Shown: in pieces, positions 1 to 10,009 of the stretch
Layout of the letters: each line of letters opens with the position of its first letter
How positions within the stretch are numbered: the stretch's first letter is position 1
Assembly: GCF_006345805.1 (NCBI RefSeq)
Contig: NW_021827590.1
Location: 1-28,150 of the forward strand
Length of the DNA stretch: 28,150 nt
DNA from: Octopus sinensis
Taxonomy: Eukaryota
Direction: 5' to 3'
Translations under genes and position numbers: made by a program
Notes under the pieces: model-generated
What the model was told of the DNA's origin: nothing
The model's input: only the letters and a program-made list of their open reading frames with translations
The model's database searches: none

Positions 1-375
1 TTGCTTTAGAATTATAATAGTTTGTAGTTGATGTTGATAGTTGATAATAGTTGATGTTAGCCCTTATCAACCAGACCTATGTCGAAAATATTCCAACTGT
101 GACCATCTTGCCTTTTACCTCTGCGGAGAGAATACGGGACCGCATTATCCAATGTGTCCTCAGATGATGGTTGTGTAATTTGGACGAGATTTGGCTGTCA
201 TTTCTAGTTGTTTCGGCGACCACCACGTACAGAATCCACCGTCCGTTCGATAGTGGAGTATTCTGTCGGTTTAGTAAATGGCAAATAGAAAAATAAACAT
301 CTTACAGGTGTAACTGTTGATATTGTCGGGTGTATAGGAAAAGACGGATATAGAGGAGGATTTATTTTATTTACG

Positions 376-386
376 GAGTGGTGTGT

Positions 387-431
<45 letters not shown>

Positions 432-516
432 CGTGTGAAAAGTGGAGGAGGTCATTCGTCTTTGCATTTCAAATGAAAATACCAATCAATCAATCATTTA
501 ATCAATATATATATAA

Positions 517-592
<76 letters not shown>

Positions 593-617
593 TACATATA
601 TATATATATATAAACAC

Positions 618-664
<47 letters not shown>

Positions 665-687
665 TACATATATATATATATAAACAC

Positions 688-752
<65 letters not shown>

Positions 753-780
753 AAACATATATATATATATAATTATATAT
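376..780. repeat. Compound (GT)n/(CA)n/(TA)n microsatellite cluster, including a ~70-bp unit duplicated in tandem
   Basis: Seen directly. The unit AATATATACACATACATATATATATATATATAAACACATATTTTATATAT... occurs at ~581 and again at ~653. Confidence 0.95.
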
Positions 781-1451
781 TTACACTGAACGGTTGATTT
801 ATTATATTTATTGAATGTATGTATAAATGTCTGTATGTATGTATGTATGTATGTATCTATGTATGTATGCGTGTGTGTGTGTGTTTATGTATGAATCCAA
901 GTATGTATATATGTATAATGTATAAATGTATGTATATATATATATGCACACACACACATAAATGTTAATATATGTGTATTTGTGTATGTATACGTGTGTC
1001 TATGTAGGTATACACACCCACCCACACATGTATGTACGTATATATGAATGTATATATATGAATGTATATATATATACATGAGTGTATGTATGTTTGCGTG
1101 TAATCTCTGTGTGTGTATGTATGTGTGTGTCTGTTTGTGTGTGTGTGTCTGGATATATACGTAAACAATCGTAAGTAGAAAAGTATATGCCGTACGCTAG
1201 ATGCAGGCAGTTCTGTGACACGCCCATTGAATTAAGTAAGTCACATGGTTTCTGAAGAAAAGTTTAGCGAATTCTGGCGCAAAGGCAGAATTCTAATGTC
1301 GACACTATTCTCACGCCAACACACTTCCTTGAGTATTTATTCAAGCGCTTCAACGGCATCTAGTCAGATTTTCTGAAAACGTTCGCCATCTGCTGGTGAA
1401 TGGGTGAAGGAAAAAAACAATTAAAAACGGCATCATCAGTGTCGTTAACCT

Positions 1452-1697
1452 AAAGAAGAAAGAAAAAGAAGAAGAAGAAGAAGAAGGGGCAGAAAGAAGA
1501 AGAAGAAAGAAGAAAGAAGAAGAAGAAGAAAAGAAGAAGAAGAAGAGAAGCGAAGAAGAAAAGAAGAAGAAGACGAAAAGAAGAAGAAAAGAAGAGAGAA
1601 AAGAAGAAGAACGAAGAAGGAAGAAGAAGAAAAGACAGAAGAAGAGAAAAAGAAAAAAAAAAAGAAGAGAAGAAGAAGAAGAAGAAGAAGAACGAAG
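1452..1697 (+). repeat. ~245-bp degenerate (GAA)n polypurine tract
   Basis: The + strand is almost only A/G, with a handful of C and no T. Confidence 0.95.
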
Positions 1698-2774
1698 CAA
1701 TAAACCAAACTATTCTAGAAAACACAGTTGTATTACATAGTATAACAGATATACATGCAATAAGTATTTTAAAATAATTATAATACTACTTTACAAGAAA
1801 AGCGACAAAGTGTTACGATATAAAAAAACAAAAACAAAAAAACAATCTACTGGAAACGACAATTTTGCAAAGAGTGAGAGGACATCATTTTGAGGGTGTA
1901 GAGAACATCAAAATATCTTTGGAACGGTGTTAAAAATTGAATTTGAAGCCGCACGCTAACGACGATATTTAATTGCAAAATAATAGCAAGAAGAAGAAGA
2001 AGAAGAAGACAATTAGCAACAACAGTCTTCAACAAAAACAGTAGCAGCAACAACAGCACCAACAAAAGTAAACAGAAAAATTAAGTATTTATTTTATATT
2101 GAAATTAGGGACTTCAACTATTCAGACTGAGAGAGGTGACTAGTTTTGTAAAAACAAAAAATCATGCAAGATAGAATAGAGTTGGAAAAAAAAGAGGAAG
2201 AGAGAGAGAGAGAGAGAGAATGGGAAAGACAGACAGACAGGCAGACAGGCAGACAGGCAGACAGACAGACAGGCAGACAGAAACAGACAGAAAAACTGGT
2301 TAGAAGAGAAGCAGGAAATGTAGTCAGTTGTGACTTCATTTATATTCATGTTCATTTACTTTATACATACATATAATAACTACATTCACATACGTGCATA
2401 CACACATGCATACACACATAGACTAAATACGTGCATACACACATACATATACACATACATACATACACGCACATATACATACATACATACATAAGTATAT
2501 AAAAATATATAAATATACATTACTTGTGCGTGCAAGCATACATATACTCACACATGTGTATGAATGTACCTGTGTCTGTCAACGCTTGTGTATGTGTGCA
2601 TTTGTCGGGGTGTACATGTATATATTTGAAATTGTATTTCAGTTGCCTAAGTAGGACAGACAGAAATATATTAGAAAATAGTATAAACGATAATGAAAAC
2701 AAGAACAGTAAAGTATTAGAAAAGTTCAGTCATTACATTTGATCTCAATGAACATAGAAAGTAAGAGAGAAAGA

Positions 2775-2810
<36 letters not shown>

Positions 2811-2919
2811 AGCGGGTGGGAGGAGAAACATAGAAAGAGTGCAAGGAAAGTGAAATTGAAAGAGAACAATATTTTCTTTTGTAATGCATTGATGTGTATA
2901 TTAATTTTATTTTAAATTT

Positions 2920-2949
2920 ATATTATTTCATCAAATTGTCTTTCTACAG
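2920..2949 (+). promoter_or_regulatory. 3' splice acceptor upstream of the neuropeptide coding exon
   Basis: T-rich tract ending TTGTCTTTCTACAG|G, with AG at 2948-2949. No ATG lies between 2950 and the start codon at 3209. Confidence 0.6.
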
Positions 2950-3208
2950 GATATAAAAAGAAGAAAAACACAGAAAGCGGACGCAACCTTACTTCCCAAG
3001 AAAAGAGAGAGAGAGAGAGAGAGAGAGAGAACCGCAAGTGACAGACGGGCTACAAGGGAAGCAACAACAACAACAACAATAACAGCAACAACTGCAATTG
3101 AAAATACTCCAGAAGCAGCTGTAGCCGCAACAACAGCAACAGCAGTAGAAGCAACAGGAACAATAGTTAAAGGGATTTTTCAAATAATAAAGTGTTGAAA
3201 AATCAAAA
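2950..3208 (+). other. Probable 5' UTR part of the neuropeptide exon, containing (GA)n and (CAA/CAG)n runs
   Basis: Lies between the acceptor and the ATG. In-frame TAA TAA at 3185-3190 shows the ORF cannot extend upstream. Confidence 0.55.
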
Positions 3209-3814
3209 ATGTGTCGACAAGGAGTATTCTTCATTGTAGCCATGTGTTTTGTGGTATTTGTACAGTCTTTTGACGTGAAGACATTCTGTAAGACTCGTTG
3301 TGCCGTTGGTAGAGGGGGCAATTTATGTCGTTGCAATGCATTCCACTTCGCTGGCAAAAGATCGGACGGGCAATACAAGCGACAAGAATTCGGCACCATT
3401 AACACAGACGATAATTACAATCCGTTTCAAAGTTATTTTGAAAACCTATCCGGGTCTTTGCCTATACAAAGACAGAGTGCACAGCAAAACGATTACGATG
3501 ACAACGACGCGACTACAGGAAACCAGATGTTATATCCAGTGAGGGATGAGGCCCTCTTCAGAAGGGCCATCTCAGAACAGATGAACTCCAATGATCAACT
3601 TCTACCAGGTGATATCCGCATCCCCAACAGCAACACAAGAAGTCAGAAGGAAGGCAGCCGTCTTCAGAACTTATTGCAGAAACAGTATAAAAGATATAAG
3701 AACGACAGCAACAACAACAACAACAACCTATCTGGAGTACTGCCGATCGACGTCAATGACTTCAATGATAGATCAGCTCGTTTAAGAAACACTTTACATC
3801 ACACTGACAAGTAA
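3209..3814 (+). CDS. Secreted neuropeptide precursor, HFAamide-like (Cys-rich amidated peptide prohormone)
   Basis: AAAA-ATG start context. Hydrophobic signal peptide MCRQGVFFIVAMCFVVFVQS, then FDVKTFCKTRCAVGRGGNLCRCNAFHFA followed by G-KR (amide donor plus dibasic cleavage site). A second KR follows SDGQY, with more RR/KR sites later and an Asn/Gln/Asp-rich spacer typical of prohormones. This is the only long non-repeat, non-TE ORF in the window. The family name rests on the C-terminal HFA-amide and my recall of lophotrochozoan proneuropeptides. Confidence 0.85.
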   Translation: MCRQGVFFIVAMCFVVFVQSFDVKTFCKTRCAVGRGGNLCRCNAFHFAGKRSDGQYKRQEFGTINTDDNYNPFQSYFENLSGSLPIQRQSAQQNDYDDNDATTGNQMLYPVRDEALFRRAISEQMNSNDQLLPGDIRIPNSNTRSQKEGSRLQNLLQKQYKRYKNDSNNNNNNLSGVLPIDVNDFNDRSARLRNTLHHTDK

Positions 3815-3816
3815 GT
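3808..3816 (+). promoter_or_regulatory. Strong 5' splice donor overlapping the last codon and the stop codon
   Basis: CAA|GTAAGT with GT at 3811-3812. The TAA stop (3812-3814) lies within the donor hexamer. Confidence 0.5.
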
Positions 3817-4273
3817 TGGATTCTCCAATTTTCATACATACATTCATACAAACATACATACGCACGCTCACACACACACATATACATACATCTATATTAA
3901 AATCTGTCTATTATTACAACTGTTCTGATAAACGGTTTGATTTTCCATTTTCCATACATACTTTGGAAGTAAACTTTAGCCACCACGAATAATACCAGGA
4001 AAATGACATACATACAATAATTATAAATTAACTCTTATCAAATTTCTTGGTGCTTATACAAAATGATGAAATAAATACTAATATATTGAGAAAAATATGT
4101 ATTATTCTGTCATTTACTTCTTCTCTTCCTCTCCATTTATTCTCTCTCCGTTTCATTATACCATATTTTGCGTGACTGAAGGAATAAACCAACCAACCAA
4201 CCAACATTTATAAATATATGCTGTTATTAAACGCACACATACACACAGGCACACACATGTAATATACTATACA

Positions 4274-5063
4274 CAGAGGTGGACAAAAGTAGGTATACAG
4301 TTCCTTAATATGAGAGAGATGTTCATAACATTTATTTCTTTTTTTAAAACTTGAGTTATTCATAAGTCGACAAAGGGATCTGCAGAAGATACCCAGTTCA
4401 TTTGGAAGCCCCACCTTTTTTTTCTGGGGACATTGACTGAATGCTTGACTAAAAGCATTTCATTTTTTTCAGTGGTAATACCGAACGGTCGACCACTTTT
4501 CTGTTCATCGCAAATGGACCCAGTCTGCTCAAATTTGTCAAGTATTCTGTAAACTATTAATCTTGTCAGAGATTGTCTTTGAAATTCTTCAGTCCATTTA
4601 TATCTAATCATTTCTGCATTCCTTGTTTTCCAGTACTGCTTGATGATCTGTTTTCGTTCATCGTTGATCAAATTCCCAGCCCTGTAATGAATATATGAAA
4701 TTAGGAATAAATATTTTATTAGAGAAAGAATTTGTAACAAAAAAAAAACAACATAGAATCATAGAATTCTTATCCTAAAAAACAGAAATAAAGAACATCC
4801 CTCTCATATTATTTTCAAATTCTGGCACAAGGCCAGTAATTTCGGCTGAGGTTACATCGACCCCGATATTCAACTGGTACTTATTTCATCGACTCCGAAA
4901 CGATGAATGGCTAAGTCGACCTCGGTGGAATTTTGAACTCAGAACGTAAAGACGGACGGAATTCCGCGAAGTATTTTGCCCGGCGTTCTAACGATTCTAC
5001 TAGCTTGCTACCCTGCATTCCAGTCATATTAAGTAACTGTATACCTACTTTTGCCCACCCTTA
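4274..5063 (-). mobile_element. Internally deleted Tc1/mariner-superfamily transposon with both TIRs
   Basis: ~29-bp TIRs: CAGAGGTGGACAAAAGTAGGTATACAGTT at 4274-4302 and AACTGTATACCTACTTTTGCCCACCC at 5035-5060. The minus-strand remnant ERKQIIKQYWKT...RILDKFEQTGSICDEQKSGRP resembles a transposase N-terminal HTH region. Confidence 0.8.
4808..5014 (-). mobile_element. tRNA-derived SINE (family B), nested inside the mariner element
   Basis: Homologous to 5521-5737 and 26421-26641. B-box-like GAGTTCAAA and a tRNA-like head at the right end. Confidence 0.8.
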
Positions 5064-5520
5064 TATTATTTATATAATATATATTATATTATATTACATT
5101 AAATTGCATTATATTATTACTATATAATGTTATATATTCTCCAACAGAAATACAAATATCACTATAGCATCTAATACTTGGCGTAGCTAAACGCATGCAT
5201 ATTCACATTGACGTGTATATGCATTTATATGTCTATGTGTGTAAATGTAAACACATAAATGTATGTGTATTTGCTTGACTGTCTGAATGGATATTTTTTT
5301 GTTATCTAAATGTGAAACGATCATATGGGTGAAAAGTCGATAAATAGAGAAGATAAACCCTTGAAGGTAATCTTGTCAAGTTTGACTTTGTCTTTCGCTA
5401 ATACGGAATTAATAAAACAAATACTAGCTAGGTACTGGTTCATTATTATCGAGTGTTCCTGTTCCCATTAACATCCCCACGATGTATCTGAGGAATCATT
5501 AGAAAACATGACAGCAGACT

Positions 5521-5737
5521 ATTCTTATCTACTATAGGTACAAGGCCCGAAATTTTTAGGGAGGGAACCTGTCGAGTAGATCGACCCCAGGACGCAACTG
5601 GTACTTAATTTATCGATTCCGAAAGGATGAAAGGCAAAGTCGACCTCGGCGGAATTTGAGCTCAGAACGTAACGACAGACGAAATACTGCTAAGCATTTC
5701 GCCCGGCGTGCAAACATTTCTGTCAGCTCGCCGCCTT
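5521..5737 (-). mobile_element. tRNA-derived SINE (family B)
   Basis: Minus strand reads AAGGCGGCGAGCTGACAGAAATG... (A-box-like), then GAGCTCAAATTCC (B-box-like), then CTGGGGTCGATCTACTCGAC. Three homologous copies occur in the window. Confidence 0.85.
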
Positions 5738-5764
5738 ATGACATCAGATTATTCTATCTATTAA

Positions 5765-6115
5765 GTTATTGAACTGTGGCCAGGCTAGGGCACTGCATTG
5801 AGGATTTTTTAGTCGAACGAGTCGACCCCAGTACTTATTATCTTTTAAAGTTGGTGCTTACTCTAAGGATCCCTTTTGATGAACTGCTGGTTTACGGGGG
5901 ACGTAAACACAGCGACCATACTAACATCGGTTGTCAAGCGGTAGTGAAGAATAAATACAAACTCAGACACATACACATATAGATATATACAGGAACATAC
6001 ATACATACACTCATACATCCATGTACACATACATACATACATGCATACATACATGCATACATACACACACAGATATATATGTATATATGTGTGTATATAT
6101 ATATAGATATAAGTG

Positions 6116-6160
<45 letters not shown>

Positions 6161-6509
6161 GATCGATCGATAGATAGATAGTTATATTACCCAGAGAGTA
6201 ATATCGGCCATATCTTTATCTATTTATCTATTTATCTATTGACATACATACATGCATGCTTGCATCCATCCATCCATCCATCCATGCATACATACATCCA
6301 TCCATCCATCCATCCATCCATACATACATACATATATACATACATACATACATACATACATATACACGACAGACTTCTTTCAATTTCCATCCACCAAATC
6401 CACTCGCAAAAGAGTATAATAAAAAAAACTTGCTCAAGATAACACGATGTGGGCCTGAACCCAGAACCGTGTGGTTGGGAAACACACTTCTTGTCACACC
6501 AATCATGCC
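5765..6509 (-). mobile_element. tRNA-derived SINE (family A) with an expanded central microsatellite
   Basis: Head at ~6370-6509 (GGGTTCAGGCCC B-box-like) and tail at ~5765-5985 both align with the compact copy at 13581-13976. They are separated by ~380 bp of CATA/TA/TCCA repeats. Confidence 0.75.
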
Positions 6510-6810
6510 AGATGTTAAAAGACATTTAAAATATCGAATCTTTATGTTGATGTGATGACTAATACACCATTTCATGGCTCTGTAGTTCAAATCCCGCTTG
6601 ATTACAAATAGAGCATGTACTACCAAATTATTTCAGTTTTCCTGAGCAACTTCAACTGCATACACCCACGTACGTGCATACATGCATACATACATACATA
6701 CACACTAAACTTGTATGGTGTATATGAATTTGTAGGAAAAAAATTGACAGTGTCTTCGAAATTTTGATGCAGATAACTAAGCCGAAGTTTCGAAGTAACT
6801 ATCAAACTTC

Positions 6811-7121
6811 TATTCTTTCATTTCTTTTAATTGTTCTAGTCATTGGACTGCAGTTGTGCTGGTGCACCGCTTTGAAAGGTGTTTTATTAAACAAATCGAC
6901 GTCAGTATTTTGTTTTCAAATTTGGTACTTCTTATTAACTCTGGTCACTTATTTTATCGGTCACTTATGTCAAACCGCTAGCTTACGGTGACATAAATAA
7001 ATCAAGATCAGATATCTAGTGGCGAGGGATACAAATCCAAATACACACATACACACACACTGAGGTATACATATATACATCTGTACACACATGCACAGAC
7101 AGACAGACAGATCGATCGATC

Positions 7122-7198
<77 letters not shown>

Positions 7199-7332
7199 AC
7201 TTCCACAAATTCACTCACAAGGCATTGTCCAGTCCGGGATTGTACAAGAAGGTACTTTATCACGGTGTCACGAGTAGGACTGGATTCGAAACCACGTTGT
7301 TACAAAGCAAACTACCTCACCCAACTGCGCCT
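6811..7332 (-). mobile_element. Diverged tRNA-derived SINE (family A) with a central (GATA)n expansion
   Basis: Tail at ~6811-7040 and head at ~7195-7332 are homologous to 13581-13976. Confidence 0.7.
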
Positions 7333-7430
7333 TCCAAAGTTAAAATGTATACGTTACTCTATTGAAATGTATTGAGTGCTGCGTCTTTCAACATTTGATT
7401 TTGTCATACATACATACATACATACATACA

Positions 7431-7461
<31 letters not shown>

Positions 7462-7464
7462 GTA

Positions 7465-7614
7465 CAAGTGGATGCTGAAAAGTCCCTTGCTTTAAGGGTG
7501 TCATGAAAGGCCTGGTTATACGCCCAAACTTCAGAGTTCTTTTAGAGGGCTTAGAAAAACTGAAGGACCGCTGCAATAAGTGTGTAAGTCTGAGATGGGA
7601 ATATGTTGAATAAA
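7465..7614 (+). mobile_element. Mariner-derived non-autonomous element, truncated on the right
   Basis: Preceded by TA. Encodes GLEKLKDRCNKCVSLRWEYVE*, matching the mariner transposase C-terminal pattern (G..KL..RW.KCV...G.YVE). No right TIR is visible. Confidence 0.7.
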
Positions 7615-7615
7615 T

Positions 7616-7965
7616 GTGTGTTAATGTTTGTTTTCATGCACAATTCCCACTCCCTTTCTCTCCCCTGTCTTTATACATACATATGTACACACACATAAAA
7701 ACACACACACACGCACACACACACACAACACACACACACACAAACACACGCACACACATATATATATACATATATATACATATAAATATGTACAGATATG
7801 TACGTATATGTGTGTGCGTGCGTGTGTCTGTGCATATGTGTCTGTGTGTGCTCGCGTGTTTATGTGTGTGTACATATGTATGTATAAAGACAGGGGAGAG
7901 AGGGAGAGAGGGAGAGAGGGAGAGAGGGAGAGAGGGAATTGTGCATGAAAACAAACATTAACACA
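7616..7965. repeat. ~350-bp fold-back (long inverted repeat)
   Basis: Arms at 7616-7699 and 7859-7965 are reverse complements apart from a TCTCTCCC copy-number difference. The spacer is CA-rich then TG-rich. Confidence 0.9.
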
Positions 7966-8287
7966 CACGTATACACACACAAGCACAAACGCACTCACCT
8001 GCACATTTACATACACGTACACACCAAAGAATCAGAGTTGAATAAATGTAGCAGGATTTATTTATTAGTTCCTTGTATTTTGACTAGGTTTCCTGATTCA
8101 GAAAAATATTTTTTGTCTCATGCTATCTCCTTAAGTGATGCCGTCACTATTCTGCTTAAATTCTTAGGAGAGAGAACAAAACAAAAACAAAAAAAAATGC
8201 TGGCGGGTCGAGAGCCAGATGGTGCATCAGCAATCTGTTAGACGTGCTGGCTGAAACAAATAAATGGACCAAAGAAGCGTTGACAGA

Positions 8288-8411
8288 TCTATCTATCTAT
8301 CTATCTATCTATCTATATCTCTATCTATATCTATCTATCTATCTATATCTATCTGTCTATCTATCTATCTATCTATCTATCTGTCTATCTGTCTGTCTAT
8401 CTATATCTATC

Positions 8412-8450
<39 letters not shown>

Positions 8451-8505
8451 GTCTGTCTGTCTATCTGTCTGTCTATCTACTATCTATCTATCTACTATCT
8501 ATCTA

Positions 8506-8536
<31 letters not shown>

Positions 8537-8554
8537 CTATCTATCTATCTATCT

Positions 8555-8626
<72 letters not shown>

Positions 8627-8640
8627 CCTATCTATCCATC
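8288..8640. repeat. ~350-bp (TCTA)n microsatellite
   Basis: Seen directly. Confidence 0.95.
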
Positions 8641-8700
8641 TGAGTCTGTCAATCTCTCTCTCTTTCTCTCTCTCAGTGTCTCCGTCTAGCTGTCTGTCTG

Positions 8701-8766
<66 letters not shown>

Positions 8767-8805
8767 GATATATATGTATATATATATATATGGTATATAT
8801 ATAAC

Positions 8806-8869
<64 letters not shown>

Positions 8870-8874
<5 letters not shown>

Positions 8875-8964
8875 CAGCGGGCCGTTTAGCTTAATGGTAG
8901 AGTACTCACCCGGTAACTGAAGGGTGCGGGTTCAAGTCCCGTGGCTGTTTGCTGACAACTTTTT
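8870..8964 (+). ncRNA. Pol III-type tRNA-like unit (SINE head, tRNA pseudogene or vault-RNA-like)
   Basis: A box TAGCTTAATGG and B box GGTTCAAGTCC. Perfect 9-bp terminal stem GTTGTCAGC/GCTGACAAC, immediately followed by TTTTT. The acceptor and anticodon stems are too poor for a functional tRNA. Confidence 0.5.
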
Positions 8965-9745
8965 CTGTCTTATAAGGATAAAATATCCAATCTTTCTGCT
9001 GTTTTCATGGTTATACTGTACACACACACAGAGACACACTCACACGCGCACACACATACACATACATACATACATGCGCGCGCCCATGCATGTACGGGTG
9101 CCTCGCTGCACTCTCTGTGTTCTGAGTTTAGGTGCCTCATTGGTCAATATTTCTTTTCACCCTTTCGGGATCGCAAAAGAAAAAGAAAATTTAATAAAAA
9201 AAGAATGTCCTGATCGAGGGCAGTGGATTAGCGGATGTGTTTGAGGTTTGGTACCTGCTTGGTCTCTTTTCTTTCTGACTGCGTCGACAGGCAACGTTAT
9301 TAAAAGCTGTATGGGCCCAAGATGGTAGACTTTTCCCTGCAGAAACGTTGGTGGCGTTGAGAAAAGCTTGCCCAGGCCTGCAGATGCTTGGTCAACATCG
9401 AACAAGGGACGCCCTACACCACCACCACGCACGCATATGTGCGTATGTGCACATGTATATATATATATATATATGGGACCACAATGAAAAATACGCGAAC
9501 TGTGCAAGTCTAGAGCCTTGCCATCATTCCCAGCAGACCACCAGTGATCGAAACTTCCGAGCCCGCATCGGAATGACTAGTCAAAGCCGGATATACCATG
9601 TCCTGTTTTCTTCTCCCATGCGATATCCTTGGTCATCGTCGACAACGATGGACGAACCAATACTGTACACACACACCCAAGCACACACATATATACACAC
9701 GCATGTTATATACATACATACATACATACATACATACATACATAC

Positions 9746-9807
<62 letters not shown>

Positions 9808-9969
9808 AATAAATTAGAGAAAAAGCCACTATTATGCAGTTCAAGCAATGATAGACATAAACCAAATCATAAATAAAAAATAAAATATATTTTTATAAAA
9901 CATTTTACTAGATCACAAAAAGTATAAAAATGAATAATCAATATATAATAAGGAATAAGTATATAATAA

Positions 9970-10007
<38 letters not shown>

Positions 10008-10009
<2 letters not shown>

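Noticed and set aside
58-210. Possible degenerate interspersed-repeat fragment
   Set aside because: The resemblance is from memory only, with no second copy or diagnostic motif in the window.
1350-1725. Phe/Leu/Ser-rich membrane-protein-like ORFs
   Set aside because: They are reverse translations of the GAA tract.
2950-3198. 82-codon Thr/Ala-rich open frame in phase with the acceptor, ending 10 nt before the ATG (possible uORF)
   Set aside because: It has no ATG, is largely made of stop-free GA and CAA repeats, and the nearest candidate upstream exon (ending 2067) supplies no in-frame start.
2989-3405. Minus-strand ORF with poly-Cys runs, superficially toxin- or metallothionein-like
   Set aside because: It is the antisense shadow of (CAA/CAG)n in the 5' UTR and of the real CDS.
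8880-8950. Functional tRNA gene (Thr-like)
   Set aside because: The acceptor and anticodon stems do not pair properly. Kept only as a tRNA-like Pol III unit.
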